The notes under the pieces were generated by a model. That model was not told where the DNA came from, did not search any database, and worked only from the letters and a program-made list of their open reading frames with translations. A program made the position numbers and the translations under genes. A stretch of DNA of 64,000 nt, from positions 1 through 64,000 of the forward strand of contig JALUCS010000093.1 of the NCBI GenBank assembly GCA_027050205.1, written 5' to 3'. The stretch comes from a candidate division WOR-3 bacterium. Its GTDB lineage: Bacteria > Hydrothermota > Hydrothermia > LBFQ01. This document shows, in pieces, positions 48,674 to 58,588 of this stretch (its first letter is position 1; each line of letters opens with the position of its first letter).

Positions 48674-49615
48674 TCACCTTATCCCACGCTTCTTCAGTTT
48701 CCCCCTCAGCTCCTTTACCTCCCTCTGCCTGTACCGGTCCTTCTCGGCGTTTAGGTACCAGAGGGCCTTATACCACGTACGGCGGGCCTCCTTCTCCTTT
48801 CCGGCTCCATACAGGCTCTCCCCCATGTAGTACAGGGTTTCGGCAACGCACACCTTACAGCCGGGGTTCCTCCGCTTTATGTCCCGCCTTATCTCGTCGT
48901 AGGTCCTGTAGGCCTCGTTATACATACCGGCCTTGAGGTAGGCCTCGGCGAGGATCCACCGAAAGGTGCGGCTCTGCGGGTACATGGAGAGGGCCTTAAG
49001 GCCGTACTTTATGGCCTTACCCGGCTTGTTGTCAAAGATATACACGTAGACGAGGCCGGCGTAGGCGAGGGGTCTGGCCAGCACCCCCCGCTTCAGGACG
49101 ACCTTTATCTTCCCTATCCCCTTACGCTTACGGGAGGAGGAGCGGGTCAGGTACCCGATGGCGTAGTCGTAAAGGCCTATAGGGAGAAGGGCGTCGTAGA
49201 CGGTGGTGTCCTCACGGTAGGCCTCCCTGTAGAGGTTGAAGGCCTTGTTTCCGAGGGCGAGAGCCTTCGGGATGTCCCTCCTCCGGCCGTAGAAGACGGC
49301 CCCCATAGCCATGGTCGTGGCCAGGAGCATCTTCTCGCGGGTACTCTTGCGGGGTTTCCTCCCGTAGGCCGATATGAGGGAGTCCATCAGGGAGACGAAC
49401 TCCCCGTAGCGGTAGTCGGTGTCGTTGTCGGCCATGTAGAGCTGGAGGTAGGCCAGTTTCAGGACGGACCACAGGAAGGGGTCCATCTTTCCCTTTAACG
49501 CCTTCAGGGACCTCTCAAAATCGGCGAACCTCTCCGTGTATAGGAGATGGGAGAGGGAGTCTATCGCCTTAACCTCGGCTCCCGTCAGGACGTAGGCCAC
49601 CAGGAACATGCTCAC
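48674..49615 (-). CDS. TPR-containing exported protein
   Basis: Helical repeats such as LAEAYLKAGMYNEAY and YYMGESLYGAG. Confidence 0.65.
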   Translation of the reverse strand: MSMFLVAYVLTGAEVKAIDSLSHLLYTERFADFERSLKALKGKMDPFLWSVLKLAYLQLYMADNDTDYRYGEFVSLMDSLISAYGRKPRKSTREKMLLATTMAMGAVFYGRRRDIPKALALGNKAFNLYREAYREDTTVYDALLPIGLYDYAIGYLTRSSSRKRKGIGKIKVVLKRGVLARPLAYAGLVYVYIFDNKPGKAIKYGLKALSMYPQSRTFRWILAEAYLKAGMYNEAYRTYDEIRRDIKRRNPGCKVCVAETLYYMGESLYGAGKEKEARRTWYKALWYLNAEKDRYRQREVKELRGKLKKRGIR

Positions 49616-50559
49616 CTTCCGGTAAGGGAGGGGTAGTCCAGGTTGAAGCGGAGGCGGTAATACACCTTGAGGGCGATTAAGACGATAACGGCGGGGATGA
49701 GGAAGGGCGGGTACTTCACTATCAGGGCGAGGACGAAGGCGACCCCCGAAACCCTGTAGGCCAGCTTTATGCTGAACTCGTCCCCCCTTACGGCCCCGTA
49801 GGAGTAGAAGGGTAGGGAGATCGCTCCCACGACCAGCATGAAGGGGTTGTACCGGGGCCAGAGGGAGAAGAGGACGGTCAGGAGGACGAAGAGGGCGCCG
49901 AGGACAGCCGTCGGACGCTCTCCGAGGAGGACACCGGTGGTTATCAGGCCGGCCCTCCGGTCTCCGGGGATATCCGGTACGGTGGTGTTGAGGTAGAGGG
50001 CGGAGACGGCGAAGAAGTAGGGGAGGGTGGCCCTTATGCCTTCGTAGATCCCCCCGCCCCCGGAGACGTAGCCAGCGGCAACGTTGAGGACGGCGTAGCC
50101 GACGGCGTTGGAGAGCATGTCAAGGAAGGGCCTCCCCTTGAACCGGAAGGGGGGGAGGGAGTAGAGGGTACCGACCACCGTCCCTAAGACGAGGAGGAGG
50201 AGGAAGTCCCTTCCGACGAGGGCGCCGAAGAGGAAGGAGAGGAGGAGGAGGAGGAGAGAGAAGGTGTAGGCCTCGCCGACGGATATGTGGCCGTCGGCTA
50301 TCAGGAAGAGCTTGCGGTTGAGCCTGTCGCTCTCCCTGTCGTATATCTGGTTGAGGACGTAGATGTACGCGCTTATGAAGGTGGTGGCCAGGAAGCCGTA
50401 CCAGAAGGTGGGCCAGGGCGGTACCTCAAGGACGGGACGGAGGTCCCCCATGTAGCCGCGGGCGTGGAGGTATCCGAGGACGAAGAACCCCCAGCCGGGC
50501 AGAATGAGGGTGGGCCTCGTCAGGAAGACGAAGTCTATGGCCTTCCGTAGCACGGACAC
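49612..50559 (-). CDS. UbiA family prenyltransferase
   Basis: NQIYDRESDRLN, YSLPPFRFK, PDIPGD; multiple TM helices. Confidence 0.85.
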   Translation of the reverse strand: MSVLRKAIDFVFLTRPTLILPGWGFFVLGYLHARGYMGDLRPVLEVPPWPTFWYGFLATTFISAYIYVLNQIYDRESDRLNRKLFLIADGHISVGEAYTFSLLLLLLSFLFGALVGRDFLLLLVLGTVVGTLYSLPPFRFKGRPFLDMLSNAVGYAVLNVAAGYVSGGGGIYEGIRATLPYFFAVSALYLNTTVPDIPGDRRAGLITTGVLLGERPTAVLGALFVLLTVLFSLWPRYNPFMLVVGAISLPFYSYGAVRGDEFSIKLAYRVSGVAFVLALIVKYPPFLIPAVIVLIALKVYYRLRFNLDYPSLTGR

Positions 50560-50577
50560 CCGATTCTAAGGCGGACT

Positions 50578-52836
50578 CTACCTCCCCTCCAATATCTCCG
50601 AGATGAGGTAGTACGCTAGGCTCAAGATGGACTCCTCGTCGTCCCCCTTCTGTATGACGTGGGCGGGTTTGCTCAAGCCCATCAGGATGGGGCCGACCAT
50701 CTTTATACGGCAGGAGGCGCTTAGGACCTTGTAGGAGATGTTGGCGGAGTTGAGGTCGGGGAAGATCAGGATGTTGGCCCTCGTGTTGTGCTGGGCGAAG
50801 ACGGAGAAGGGGTAAAGCTCCTTCAGGACCTTTGCGTTGAGGAGGACGTCCGCGTGGCCCTCACCCTCGGCGAGTATGTCCGGGGCCGTCCGACGCAGTA
50901 TCTTCAGGGCCTCCCTCATCTTCCCAACGGAGGGGTGGTCCGAGGTGCCGAAGTTAGAGAAGGACACGAAGGCCACCCGCGGCTCCTGTCCGAACTTCCT
51001 CGCCACCTCCGAGGCCATCACGGCTATGTGGGCCAGATCCTCGGCCGTGGGGTCGGGGTTGACGGTGGTGTCCGCGAAGAAGAGGGGGCCAAGGTGCTTG
51101 CTTAGGGCGACGTACAGGCCGGCCACCTTCTTCACGCCCTCCCTCGGCTTTATTATCTCAAGGACGGGCCTTAGGGACTCGTTGTAGTTATGCACGACGC
51201 CGTAGAGCATACCGTCCACGTAGCCCTCGTGGAGGAGCATCGTACCGAGGTAGCCCCTGCTCCGGAGTTTGACACAGGCGTCTGCCTTGGCCAGCCCCTT
51301 CCTCCACCTCATCTGCCAGAGCTTCTCGGCGTAGGGCTTCACGTCAAACTTCCAGAGGTCCACTATCTCGTACCGGAACTTGAGCTGGAGGGCGTTTATC
51401 CGCCTCTCTATCACGTCCCTATCACCGATGAGGACGGGGAAGGCCATACCCTCCCGACTTAGGGTGTTGGCCACGCGGAGGATGGTCTCGTTGTCCCCCT
51501 CCGGGAAGACTATGCGCGGGGCCTCCTTCGGCTTTACGTGGATGAGGGAGCGGGTGAAGCTAACGGCCTTCTCCGTCACGCCCCGGAGCCTCTCCCTGTA
51601 CTCCTCTATGTCCAACGTTAGCCGGGCCACTCCGTCCTCCATAGCCGCCTTGGCAACGGCCGGGGCCACCCAGTATATGAGCCGGGGGTCAAGGGGCTTG
51701 GGCAGGATGTAGTCCTTGCCGAAACTAAGGGTGGTGAGGTTGTAGGCCTTCAGGACACTCTCCGGCACGTCCTCTCTTGCAAGTTTGGCCAGGGCCTCCG
51801 CCGCCGCCACCTTCATGTTGTCCGTTATCCTTCTGGCCCTGACGTCCAACGCCCCCCTGAAGATGTAGGGGAAGCCGAGGACGTTGTTTAACTGGTTGGG
51901 GTAGTCGGACCTCCCCGTGGCAACTATGGCGTCCGGACGAGCCTGGACGGCGACCTCGTAGGGTATCTCCGGGACGGGGTTTGCGAGGGCGAAGATTATG
52001 GGCCTCTCCGCCATCCCCTTGATGTCCTCCGCACTTACGAGGTTGGGGCCGGAGACACCGATGAATACGTCCGCACCCTTGAGGGCATCCCTCACCGTCC
52101 TCTCCTCCGTCTCCACGGCGAAGGCCTCCTTGTAGGGGTTCATCCCCTCCTTCCGGCCCCTGTATATCACGCCCCTTGAGTCTATCAGCCGCAGGTTCTC
52201 CCTTTTCGCCCCGTAATGCACCAACATACGGGCTATGGCTATGCCGGCCGCCCCGGCTCCGAGTATCACTATCTTGACGTCCTCTATCCGCTTCCCTTGG
52301 AGTTCAAGGGCGTTTATGAGGCCGGCCAGGACGATTATGGCCGTACCGTGCTGGTCGTCGTGGAAGACCGGTATGTCTAAGGCCTCTATGAGCTTCTCCT
52401 CTATGTAAAAGCACTTGGGCGCCCTTATGTCCTCAAGGTTTATCCCACCGAAGGTGGGGGAGATGGCCTTGACCACCTCTATGAAGTGGTCGGGGTCCTC
52501 GGAGCTGACCTCTATGTCTATGGAGTCCACGTCGGCGAGTCGCTTGAAGAGGAGGGACTTCCCCTCCATTACGGGTTTGGCGGCGAGGGGACCTATGTTT
52601 CCGAGGCCGAGGACGGCGGAACCGTCGGATATGACGGCCACAAGGTTGGCCTTGAGGGTGAAGCGATAGACGTCCTCCGGGTTGGAGTGTATGGCCTTTG
52701 AGACCTCGGCCACACCGGGGGTGTATGCTATGGAGAGGTCCCTCTGGGTCTCGGCGGGCTTGGAGGGTACGATGGAGAGCTTACCGGGTTTTCCCTCTTC
52801 GTGGTACCTAAATACCTCCTCTTTGGAGATCTTCAT
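50578..52836 (-). CDS. maeB: NADP-dependent malic enzyme with PTA-like domain
   Basis: AYTPGVA, PVMEGK, FHDDQHGTA, RIVFPEG, GPILMG. Confidence 0.95.
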   Translation of the reverse strand: MKISKEEVFRYHEEGKPGKLSIVPSKPAETQRDLSIAYTPGVAEVSKAIHSNPEDVYRFTLKANLVAVISDGSAVLGLGNIGPLAAKPVMEGKSLLFKRLADVDSIDIEVSSEDPDHFIEVVKAISPTFGGINLEDIRAPKCFYIEEKLIEALDIPVFHDDQHGTAIIVLAGLINALELQGKRIEDVKIVILGAGAAGIAIARMLVHYGAKRENLRLIDSRGVIYRGRKEGMNPYKEAFAVETEERTVRDALKGADVFIGVSGPNLVSAEDIKGMAERPIIFALANPVPEIPYEVAVQARPDAIVATGRSDYPNQLNNVLGFPYIFRGALDVRARRITDNMKVAAAEALAKLAREDVPESVLKAYNLTTLSFGKDYILPKPLDPRLIYWVAPAVAKAAMEDGVARLTLDIEEYRERLRGVTEKAVSFTRSLIHVKPKEAPRIVFPEGDNETILRVANTLSREGMAFPVLIGDRDVIERRINALQLKFRYEIVDLWKFDVKPYAEKLWQMRWRKGLAKADACVKLRSRGYLGTMLLHEGYVDGMLYGVVHNYNESLRPVLEIIKPREGVKKVAGLYVALSKHLGPLFFADTTVNPDPTAEDLAHIAVMASEVARKFGQEPRVAFVSFSNFGTSDHPSVGKMREALKILRRTAPDILAEGEGHADVLLNAKVLKELYPFSVFAQHNTRANILIFPDLNSANISYKVLSASCRIKMVGPILMGLSKPAHVIQKGDDEESILSLAYYLISEILEGR

Positions 52837-53138
52837 GGTACTGCGATTCTACGGGGGCCGCTTTTCCGGTTGCATCCACCCCTCTGCAACCGTATAATAT
52901 CTGATAGCCTGAAGCGGGTGGGGGTGGGTATTTATCGCAAAGGTGGAGTTCAACGTTTATTGCAAACATCACCTAAGTGTTTTAACGTTCTTTTATGCCG
53001 GGGTGAGTTATGATTTTGAAAATTGCTAAACAAAAGAAATGACAGGGGGTGGAGAATTTTTGCGATAAATATCTTGGAAATTATGTCCGATGTATCGTAG
53101 GCCCCGGACCTAACGTGCCTGCCCTATAATTCCCCGTT

Positions 53139-53996
53139 ATGCCCACCCTCATCCGCGAGAACGTACCCCTGGCCCCTTACACCACCTTTCGTCTCGGTGG
53201 TCCCGCCCGGTACTTCATCAACGCCCGTACGGTTGAGGACGTAGTGGAGGGTGTGAAGTTCGCCCTGGACAGGAACCTCCGGATTCTGCCCCTCGGCGCT
53301 GGTTCGGACGTCCTGATCTCCGACTCCGGATTTGACGGCCTCGTGATCAGGTTGGCCAACCTCCGTGGGGTGAAGGTCAGGGGCGATAGGGCCTACCTGA
53401 TGGCCGGTGAGCCTCTCCCCCGCATAGCGAGAGAGATGGCCGAGAGGGGGTTGAGTGGCTTTGAGTACGTGGTCGGTGTTCCGGGTACGGTGGGTGGGGG
53501 AGTGGCGAAGAACGCCGGCGCCCACGGTAGGGAGATAAGGGACATCCTGGTGGAGGCCTACGTCGTAGACGGCGAAGGAAACGTACGCACGTACAGAAGG
53601 GACGAGCTGGGGCTGGCCTATCGTTCCTCTCTACTTCCGGAACTTGGGATCCTCGTGGAGGCCCTGTTCAAGTTGGAGGAGGACGACCCCGCCGCCATCA
53701 GGGACCGGATAGAGGAGTTCCTAACCTACCGGGAGAGGAGCCAACCCTGGACGGAGAGGACGGCCGGTTGTATGTTTAAAAACCCCCCCGGTGAGTACGC
53801 CGGGAGGCTCATAGATCTAGCCGGTCTCAAGGGGTTCAGGGTGGGAGGTGTGAAGGTGTCGGAGAAGCACGCCAACTTCTTCGTGAACGAGGGTGGGACG
53901 GCAGACGATGCGATAAGACTCATAGAGTACGTGCGCGACCGCGTAAGGAGGGCTTTTGGTATAGAACTGGAGGTAGAAATTGAGATCGTCAGATAG
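53139..53996 (+). CDS. murB: UDP-N-acetylenolpyruvoylglucosamine reductase
   Basis: TTFRLGGPA, PGTVGG...NAGAHG, GCMFKNP, SEKHANF. Confidence 0.95.
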   Translation: MPTLIRENVPLAPYTTFRLGGPARYFINARTVEDVVEGVKFALDRNLRILPLGAGSDVLISDSGFDGLVIRLANLRGVKVRGDRAYLMAGEPLPRIAREMAERGLSGFEYVVGVPGTVGGGVAKNAGAHGREIRDILVEAYVVDGEGNVRTYRRDELGLAYRSSLLPELGILVEALFKLEEDDPAAIRDRIEEFLTYRERSQPWTERTAGCMFKNPPGEYAGRLIDLAGLKGFRVGGVKVSEKHANFFVNEGGTADDAIRLIEYVRDRVRRAFGIELEVEIEIVR

Positions 53997-55203
53997 GGAA
54001 ATCTCTGGGGTCCTGGTGATAGATCTGGGAGCCTTCAGGACGAGGGCTGCGATGGTGGGGACCGCAGGGGTCTCCAAGGTGGAAGAGGTGAAGACGAGGG
54101 GCTTTACGGGGTACATATCCAACTTGGACGCCCTTACAGAAACGGTGCGGGAGATAGTCAGCAGGCTTGCGAGCAGTGTCCAACTACCGCAGGACGGGGT
54201 CGTACCCACGGTCCTGGCCGTGCATCTGAAGGACAGTACCCTCTTCAAGGTATCCGACCACGAGATCTCGGTCTCCCACTCCTCCGAGGACGGACGGGTC
54301 ACCAACGAGCAGGTGGAGAAGCTCCATACGGAGCTGAAGGAGAAAATAACGGGGACGGACGGACACGCCCTCTTCTTCGCCGTATCCCGCTACCGGGTGG
54401 TGCAGAAGGGAAAGGAGAGGGACGTCGAGAATCCCAGAGGGCTTAGGGTTGATATCCTGAAAGGTAGGGCTGTAGGGGTGGTCGTGACGCGGGACATATA
54501 CGAGAACCTGATGGACGTGTTCAGGGAGTACAACCACCTGTACGGGGAACCCGAACTGGAGCCTCTCGGTGCTTACAGCTCTCCCATATGCGCCGCCCTC
54601 GGTGCGGTGGAGCTGGGCGTGGACCTGCACGTCCACCTGGACCTCGGCCACACCTCCTTCCGGGTAATAAAGCTCATAAACGGCCGGGTGTTCTCCTACG
54701 GCGAGTACGGAAAGGGCGGACACAGCATCATAAAGGCCATAAGCTCCACCTTGAGCATACCGCCGAGGTACAGCTTTGAGGTCTTAGAGCGGTACCTCAA
54801 GGAGGGGAGCCGGATCGTTCAGGTTCAGGGGAAGAGCATAGACACCACCATAGTTGAAGGGATCCTCCGCCGGACCTTCTCGGAGTTCTTAGGGAGCGAC
54901 ACCGTAAGGGAGGTCGTTGGAAACGGCGACAGGGCCTTCACCTTAAGCGTATCCGGGGGTCTAGCCAACTACCGCCGTATAAACGAGTACATATCCGACG
55001 CCGGTTTCCCCGAACCGTTGGCCTTTACGGACGTACCGCCGGAGCAACTCGTCTTCCACGGGGCGTCCAAGCTGATGAGGGACATCTCCCCCCTTGAGGG
55101 TAAGCCCAACAGGAACGGCTCCTTCCGTGGGAAGGGGTGGGGTAAGAAGTTCCTTGACTTCCTGAAGAGGGAGGTCTTCGGCATAGAGGAAAAAGGAGGT
55201 TAA
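53980..55203 (+). CDS. ftsA: Divergent FtsA-like actin-fold protein
   Basis: IDLGA, VENPRGL...L, LDLGHT, GGHSI, SGG; directly upstream of ftsZ. Confidence 0.7.
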   Translation: MRSSDREISGVLVIDLGAFRTRAAMVGTAGVSKVEEVKTRGFTGYISNLDALTETVREIVSRLASSVQLPQDGVVPTVLAVHLKDSTLFKVSDHEISVSHSSEDGRVTNEQVEKLHTELKEKITGTDGHALFFAVSRYRVVQKGKERDVENPRGLRVDILKGRAVGVVVTRDIYENLMDVFREYNHLYGEPELEPLGAYSSPICAALGAVELGVDLHVHLDLGHTSFRVIKLINGRVFSYGEYGKGGHSIIKAISSTLSIPPRYSFEVLERYLKEGSRIVQVQGKSIDTTIVEGILRRTFSEFLGSDTVREVVGNGDRAFTLSVSGGLANYRRINEYISDAGFPEPLAFTDVPPEQLVFHGASKLMRDISPLEGKPNRNGSFRGKGWGKKFLDFLKREVFGIEEKGG

Positions 55204-55205
55204 GT

Positions 55206-56330
55206 ATGATTGATCGCGACGAGGAACAGAGTACGCAGATACTACTGGTGGGAATCGGAGGAGCCGGCTGCAACATCGTGGATCAGGTGGCCGGTCAGTA
55301 TATCAACCCAGCGACCTACCCCTATAAGGTGGACGTGTATGCCATAAACACGGACAGGCAGAACCTCCGCAATCTACAGAACGTGGGTATGACCATACAG
55401 CTGGGGAAGAAGGGAAGAGGAGCTGGCTCCGATCCGGAGAGGGGGAGGAGGCTGGCCCTGAAGGCCATAAGCGACGGAGCGCTGGATGCCCTGAAGCACT
55501 CCCCCGACGGTGAGGAGGCGCCGGAGTACGACCTCATCCTCGTGACCGCTGGCCTCGGCGGTGGAACGGGGACGGGATCGGGTCCGGTGATAGTGGAGTA
55601 CCTGAGGGAGATGTTTCCCGAAGCTCTGATAATGGGCATACTCATATACCCGGAGGATATGGAGGCTGGGGTGAAGACGGAGATAGCGAAACAGGGGTTG
55701 GCGGAATACTACGGATTACTTGACTCCATAGTCGTCATAAACAACGGCAGCATAGTGGACCCCAACAAACCCATAAGCGAAGCCTACGAGCTGGCCGACA
55801 AGTACGTGGCCAACACCATTATGACCATCTTAGACATAAGCGAAGACTACGGTAAGCCCAACCTCGACTTCAACGACATCCAGAAGGCCTTGGAACCGCC
55901 GAGACCGGGGGAGCAGAACGTCTCCAAGTTCGCCTTCGTCTCCACCATAGAGCTTCCGAGCGCCAACGACGTCTCCAAGGTGGCAGACATCCTAAACGAG
56001 AGGAAGAAGCACCTGTCCATAAAGAGCTTCAGCGGCGCCCGTACCCTCCTCGTGGGCTTCTTCCACAGCGGCAAGTCCCTTACGTGGGAGAAGGCCCAGG
56101 CCGTGGTAAGCATCCTGAAGAACGAGATCATAATGGCGGGGCGGCAGCCTTACGTTAAGGCCGGAGACTTCACGAAGAACAAGGAGGGTATGCTGGACCG
56201 GGTCAAGATCTCCGTAATCATATCCGGCGTGAATCCCGACTCCTATATCCTCAACGCCCTCCAGGACGCCGCCGCCGAGAGGGAGGTGGAGGAGATCCTC
56301 AAGGGTTTCCAGGATGAAAGAGGCACTTAA
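55206..56330 (+). CDS. ftsZ: Cell division GTPase FtsZ (divergent, short tail)
   Basis: GIGGAGCN, INTD, GRGAGSDP, GLGGGTGTG, NLDFND. Confidence 0.9.
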   Translation: MIDRDEEQSTQILLVGIGGAGCNIVDQVAGQYINPATYPYKVDVYAINTDRQNLRNLQNVGMTIQLGKKGRGAGSDPERGRRLALKAISDGALDALKHSPDGEEAPEYDLILVTAGLGGGTGTGSGPVIVEYLREMFPEALIMGILIYPEDMEAGVKTEIAKQGLAEYYGLLDSIVVINNGSIVDPNKPISEAYELADKYVANTIMTILDISEDYGKPNLDFNDIQKALEPPRPGEQNVSKFAFVSTIELPSANDVSKVADILNERKKHLSIKSFSGARTLLVGFFHSGKSLTWEKAQAVVSILKNEIIMAGRQPYVKAGDFTKNKEGMLDRVKISVIISGVNPDSYILNALQDAAAEREVEEILKGFQDERGT

Positions 56331-57141
56331 GGCCTTCCTCGCCGCCTCCTACCGGAGCGTCTTCGCCGTCCTCGGTATAACCCTATCCATCTTCATGGTC
56401 GTCCTGACGGCTAACGCCACCTACGTGTCTTACTACACGTACTCCCGAATCAGGGACGCCGTACGTATAGAGGTGTTTCCCGCCGTAAGGGCGGAGGAGG
56501 TGGAGTCCTTCCTGAAGGTTCTCGGAGGTGTGGAGAGGGTGGAGATCGTGAGCGAGAGGGAGGCCCGCGAGGAGTTCGTGAAGCTCTATCCCCAGCTCGC
56601 TGACCTCCTCAACCGCCTGGGCGAGGACGTTTTCTACCCTATGCTCCGGGTCTATCCCAAGGACCACTGGAGGGATGTACGGTTCCTGGACCTCCTAAGC
56701 GGGGAGATCTCCGCTTACAGGGGTGTGGCGGGGGTGTATTACGGGAGGGAATGGCTGAAGGCCGCCCAAGACTTCTTCAACTTCCTCTTAGGCGCCAACG
56801 TGGTGGTCCTCCTTACGGCCTTCGTAGTTAGTCTCCTCGTCTCCTTCTACACCGTGAGGTTCGTCGTGCATCACCGTAGGAACCTGATAGAGATCCTCCG
56901 TCTCGCCGGCGTTTCCCCCTTCCGTCTCCGCTATCCCTACGTCCTCCTCTCCGTCCTCTACACCCTCGTATCTTGGGCAGTGGTCGCCCCGTTGGTTCTG
57001 TACTTTGCCGGACGGTACGACCCCGTTCCGGGTATCCTACGGTTCAACGCCCTCCTCTTGGGCGGCATCCTCGTCGTCGTACTCGTAACGACCACCTTCG
57101 GGAGCTTGAGGGCCTTAACGGACCTGGAGAGGGGACTCTGA
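56314..57141 (+). CDS. FtsX-like permease
   Basis: TM1, extracellular loop with V.SEREA.EEF, RRNLIEILRLAG, further TMs. Confidence 0.7.
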   Translation: MKEALKAFLAASYRSVFAVLGITLSIFMVVLTANATYVSYYTYSRIRDAVRIEVFPAVRAEEVESFLKVLGGVERVEIVSEREAREEFVKLYPQLADLLNRLGEDVFYPMLRVYPKDHWRDVRFLDLLSGEISAYRGVAGVYYGREWLKAAQDFFNFLLGANVVVLLTAFVVSLLVSFYTVRFVVHHRRNLIEILRLAGVSPFRLRYPYVLLSVLYTLVSWAVVAPLVLYFAGRYDPVPGILRFNALLLGGILVVVLVTTTFGSLRALTDLERGL

Positions 57142-57142
57142 T

Positions 57143-57625
57143 TCAGAACTTCAGGGTTCGGGAGAGCTTTACGGGGTAGGGGATACTCTGCTTACCTACG
57201 AAGGGTAGGTTGAACTCCATGTAGGCCTTACCCTCCACTCCTACGTTCGCCCTCCGGGAGTTTATCACCCCCATTATCCGGTTCGCGGCCCCCTTGAGGT
57301 AGGAGTACCTGACGGATACGGTGATGGGTACGGTGGCCGAGGATCTGGCCTTTACCGTCCTCCCGAAGGTATTGGATACGTCCGCCACCTTTATGCCCTC
57401 CAACTTTACGCTGCCAACGAAGCGGTCCAGGACGGCATCCACCGGGTTGGGATTCTGAACGGACAGGAGGACGTCCATAGAGAAGCCGCTCAAGCTTACG
57501 CTCTTCAGCCGGGCGCCCGCCAGGGAGAACTTACAGTCCTTCAGGGCGACCCTCTTCTGGATGAGGGAGCAACCGGCGGTCAGGGCAGCCGCCGAAAAGA
57601 GGGCTAAAACTACGAAGGTGCGCAT
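57143..57625 (-). CDS. LEA_2/WHy domain lipoprotein
   Basis: Lipobox LTAGC; VQNPNP motif. Confidence 0.75.
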   Translation of the reverse strand: MRTFVVLALFSAAALTAGCSLIQKRVALKDCKFSLAGARLKSVSLSGFSMDVLLSVQNPNPVDAVLDRFVGSVKLEGIKVADVSNTFGRTVKARSSATVPITVSVRYSYLKGAANRIMGVINSRRANVGVEGKAYMEFNLPFVGKQSIPYPVKLSRTLKF

Positions 57626-57634
57626 ACCGCTATT

Positions 57635-58588
57635 CTAAGGGGTTTCGCCCCTTAGGTAGGCCTCAAGGAGGCTCTCAAAGTCGGGGAGGCGGATGATGTC
57701 CCGCAGGACCCTCGCCTTGTAGTGGAGGGCCATGCTCTCCACGACCGTAGCCGTCGCCTTAAGGGGGTGGAGTTTCACCCTGTACTTGGGTAAGGTTATG
57801 CCGAGCAGTTCCGTCTCCTCAACTGGCCTCTCCTCACCTTCGGAGAGTTCAACCACCACGTGGAGAGGGTACTGCCTCCTGACCGCCCCCACGCCGAAGT
57901 AGTGGGGTACGTACACCGTCCCCACCCCCCTAATGAGCATAAAGAACATGAAGTCCTCCCTACCCGGAGGGGGTTCCGCGAGGAGGGAGTTCGGGGGGTA
58001 CCTACGGATCAGGACGACGTCGTCCGCTACGAAGCGATGGCCTCTCCTTATCAGCTCAAGGGCGGTCTCGCTCTTTCCTACGCCGGGCTTCCCAACTATG
58101 AGGACGCCGACGCCGTAGATCTCCACCATGACGCCGTGGACAGTCGTACGGGGGGCGAGGAGGTAGGTTAGCCTATCGGCCATACGGGCCATAAAGTACG
58201 GAGTCTGGATAGGGGTAGATAGGACAGGGGTACGGTAGGTTCGGGCGACCTCAAGGATTACGGTTATTAGGCTGTCGGGGAGTTTCCTGCCAGAGGCAGT
58301 TAGGACGACAGCCGGTACCTTCCTAGAGAAGAGGAGGGACAGGGCCTTCCGGACCTCCCTTCGGCCCTTCTCACGCATAAGGTGAAGGAGGTAGGCCCTC
58401 TCGGTGAGGCCGAGGATCTGGATCCTCTCGCGGGGGAACTCACGGGTGAAGCCGGCGAGTAGTAGCCCTGGACGGTTGAGGTCCGGGGACCTCACCTTAC
58501 GGCGTAGGAGCCTCCTCCCGTATATGATCTCAAGGGGTCCCGGAAAGTGGCGGATCACCTCCTCAAGTCTCACGGTCGGGGACCTCAC
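57635..58588 (-). CDS. hprK: HPr kinase/phosphorylase
   Basis: NRPGL.LAG, HGV.V..YGVGVLI.G..GVGKSETALELI.RGHRFVADD. Confidence 0.92.
   Translation of the reverse strand: MRSPTVRLEEVIRHFPGPLEIIYGRRLLRRKVRSPDLNRPGLLLAGFTREFPRERIQILGLTERAYLLHLMREKGRREVRKALSLLFSRKVPAVVLTASGRKLPDSLITVILEVARTYRTPVLSTPIQTPYFMARMADRLTYLLAPRTTVHGVMVEIYGVGVLIVGKPGVGKSETALELIRRGHRFVADDVVLIRRYPPNSLLAEPPPGREDFMFFMLIRGVGTVYVPHYFGVGAVRRQYPLHVVVELSEGEERPVEETELLGITLPKYRVKLHPLKATATVVESMALHYKARVLRDIIRLPDFESLLEAYLRGETP

Noticed and set aside
49612..50559. Archaeal-type DGGGP synthase
   Set aside because: UbiA motifs are present, but the subfamily cannot be assigned by eye and there is no GGGP synthase neighbour.
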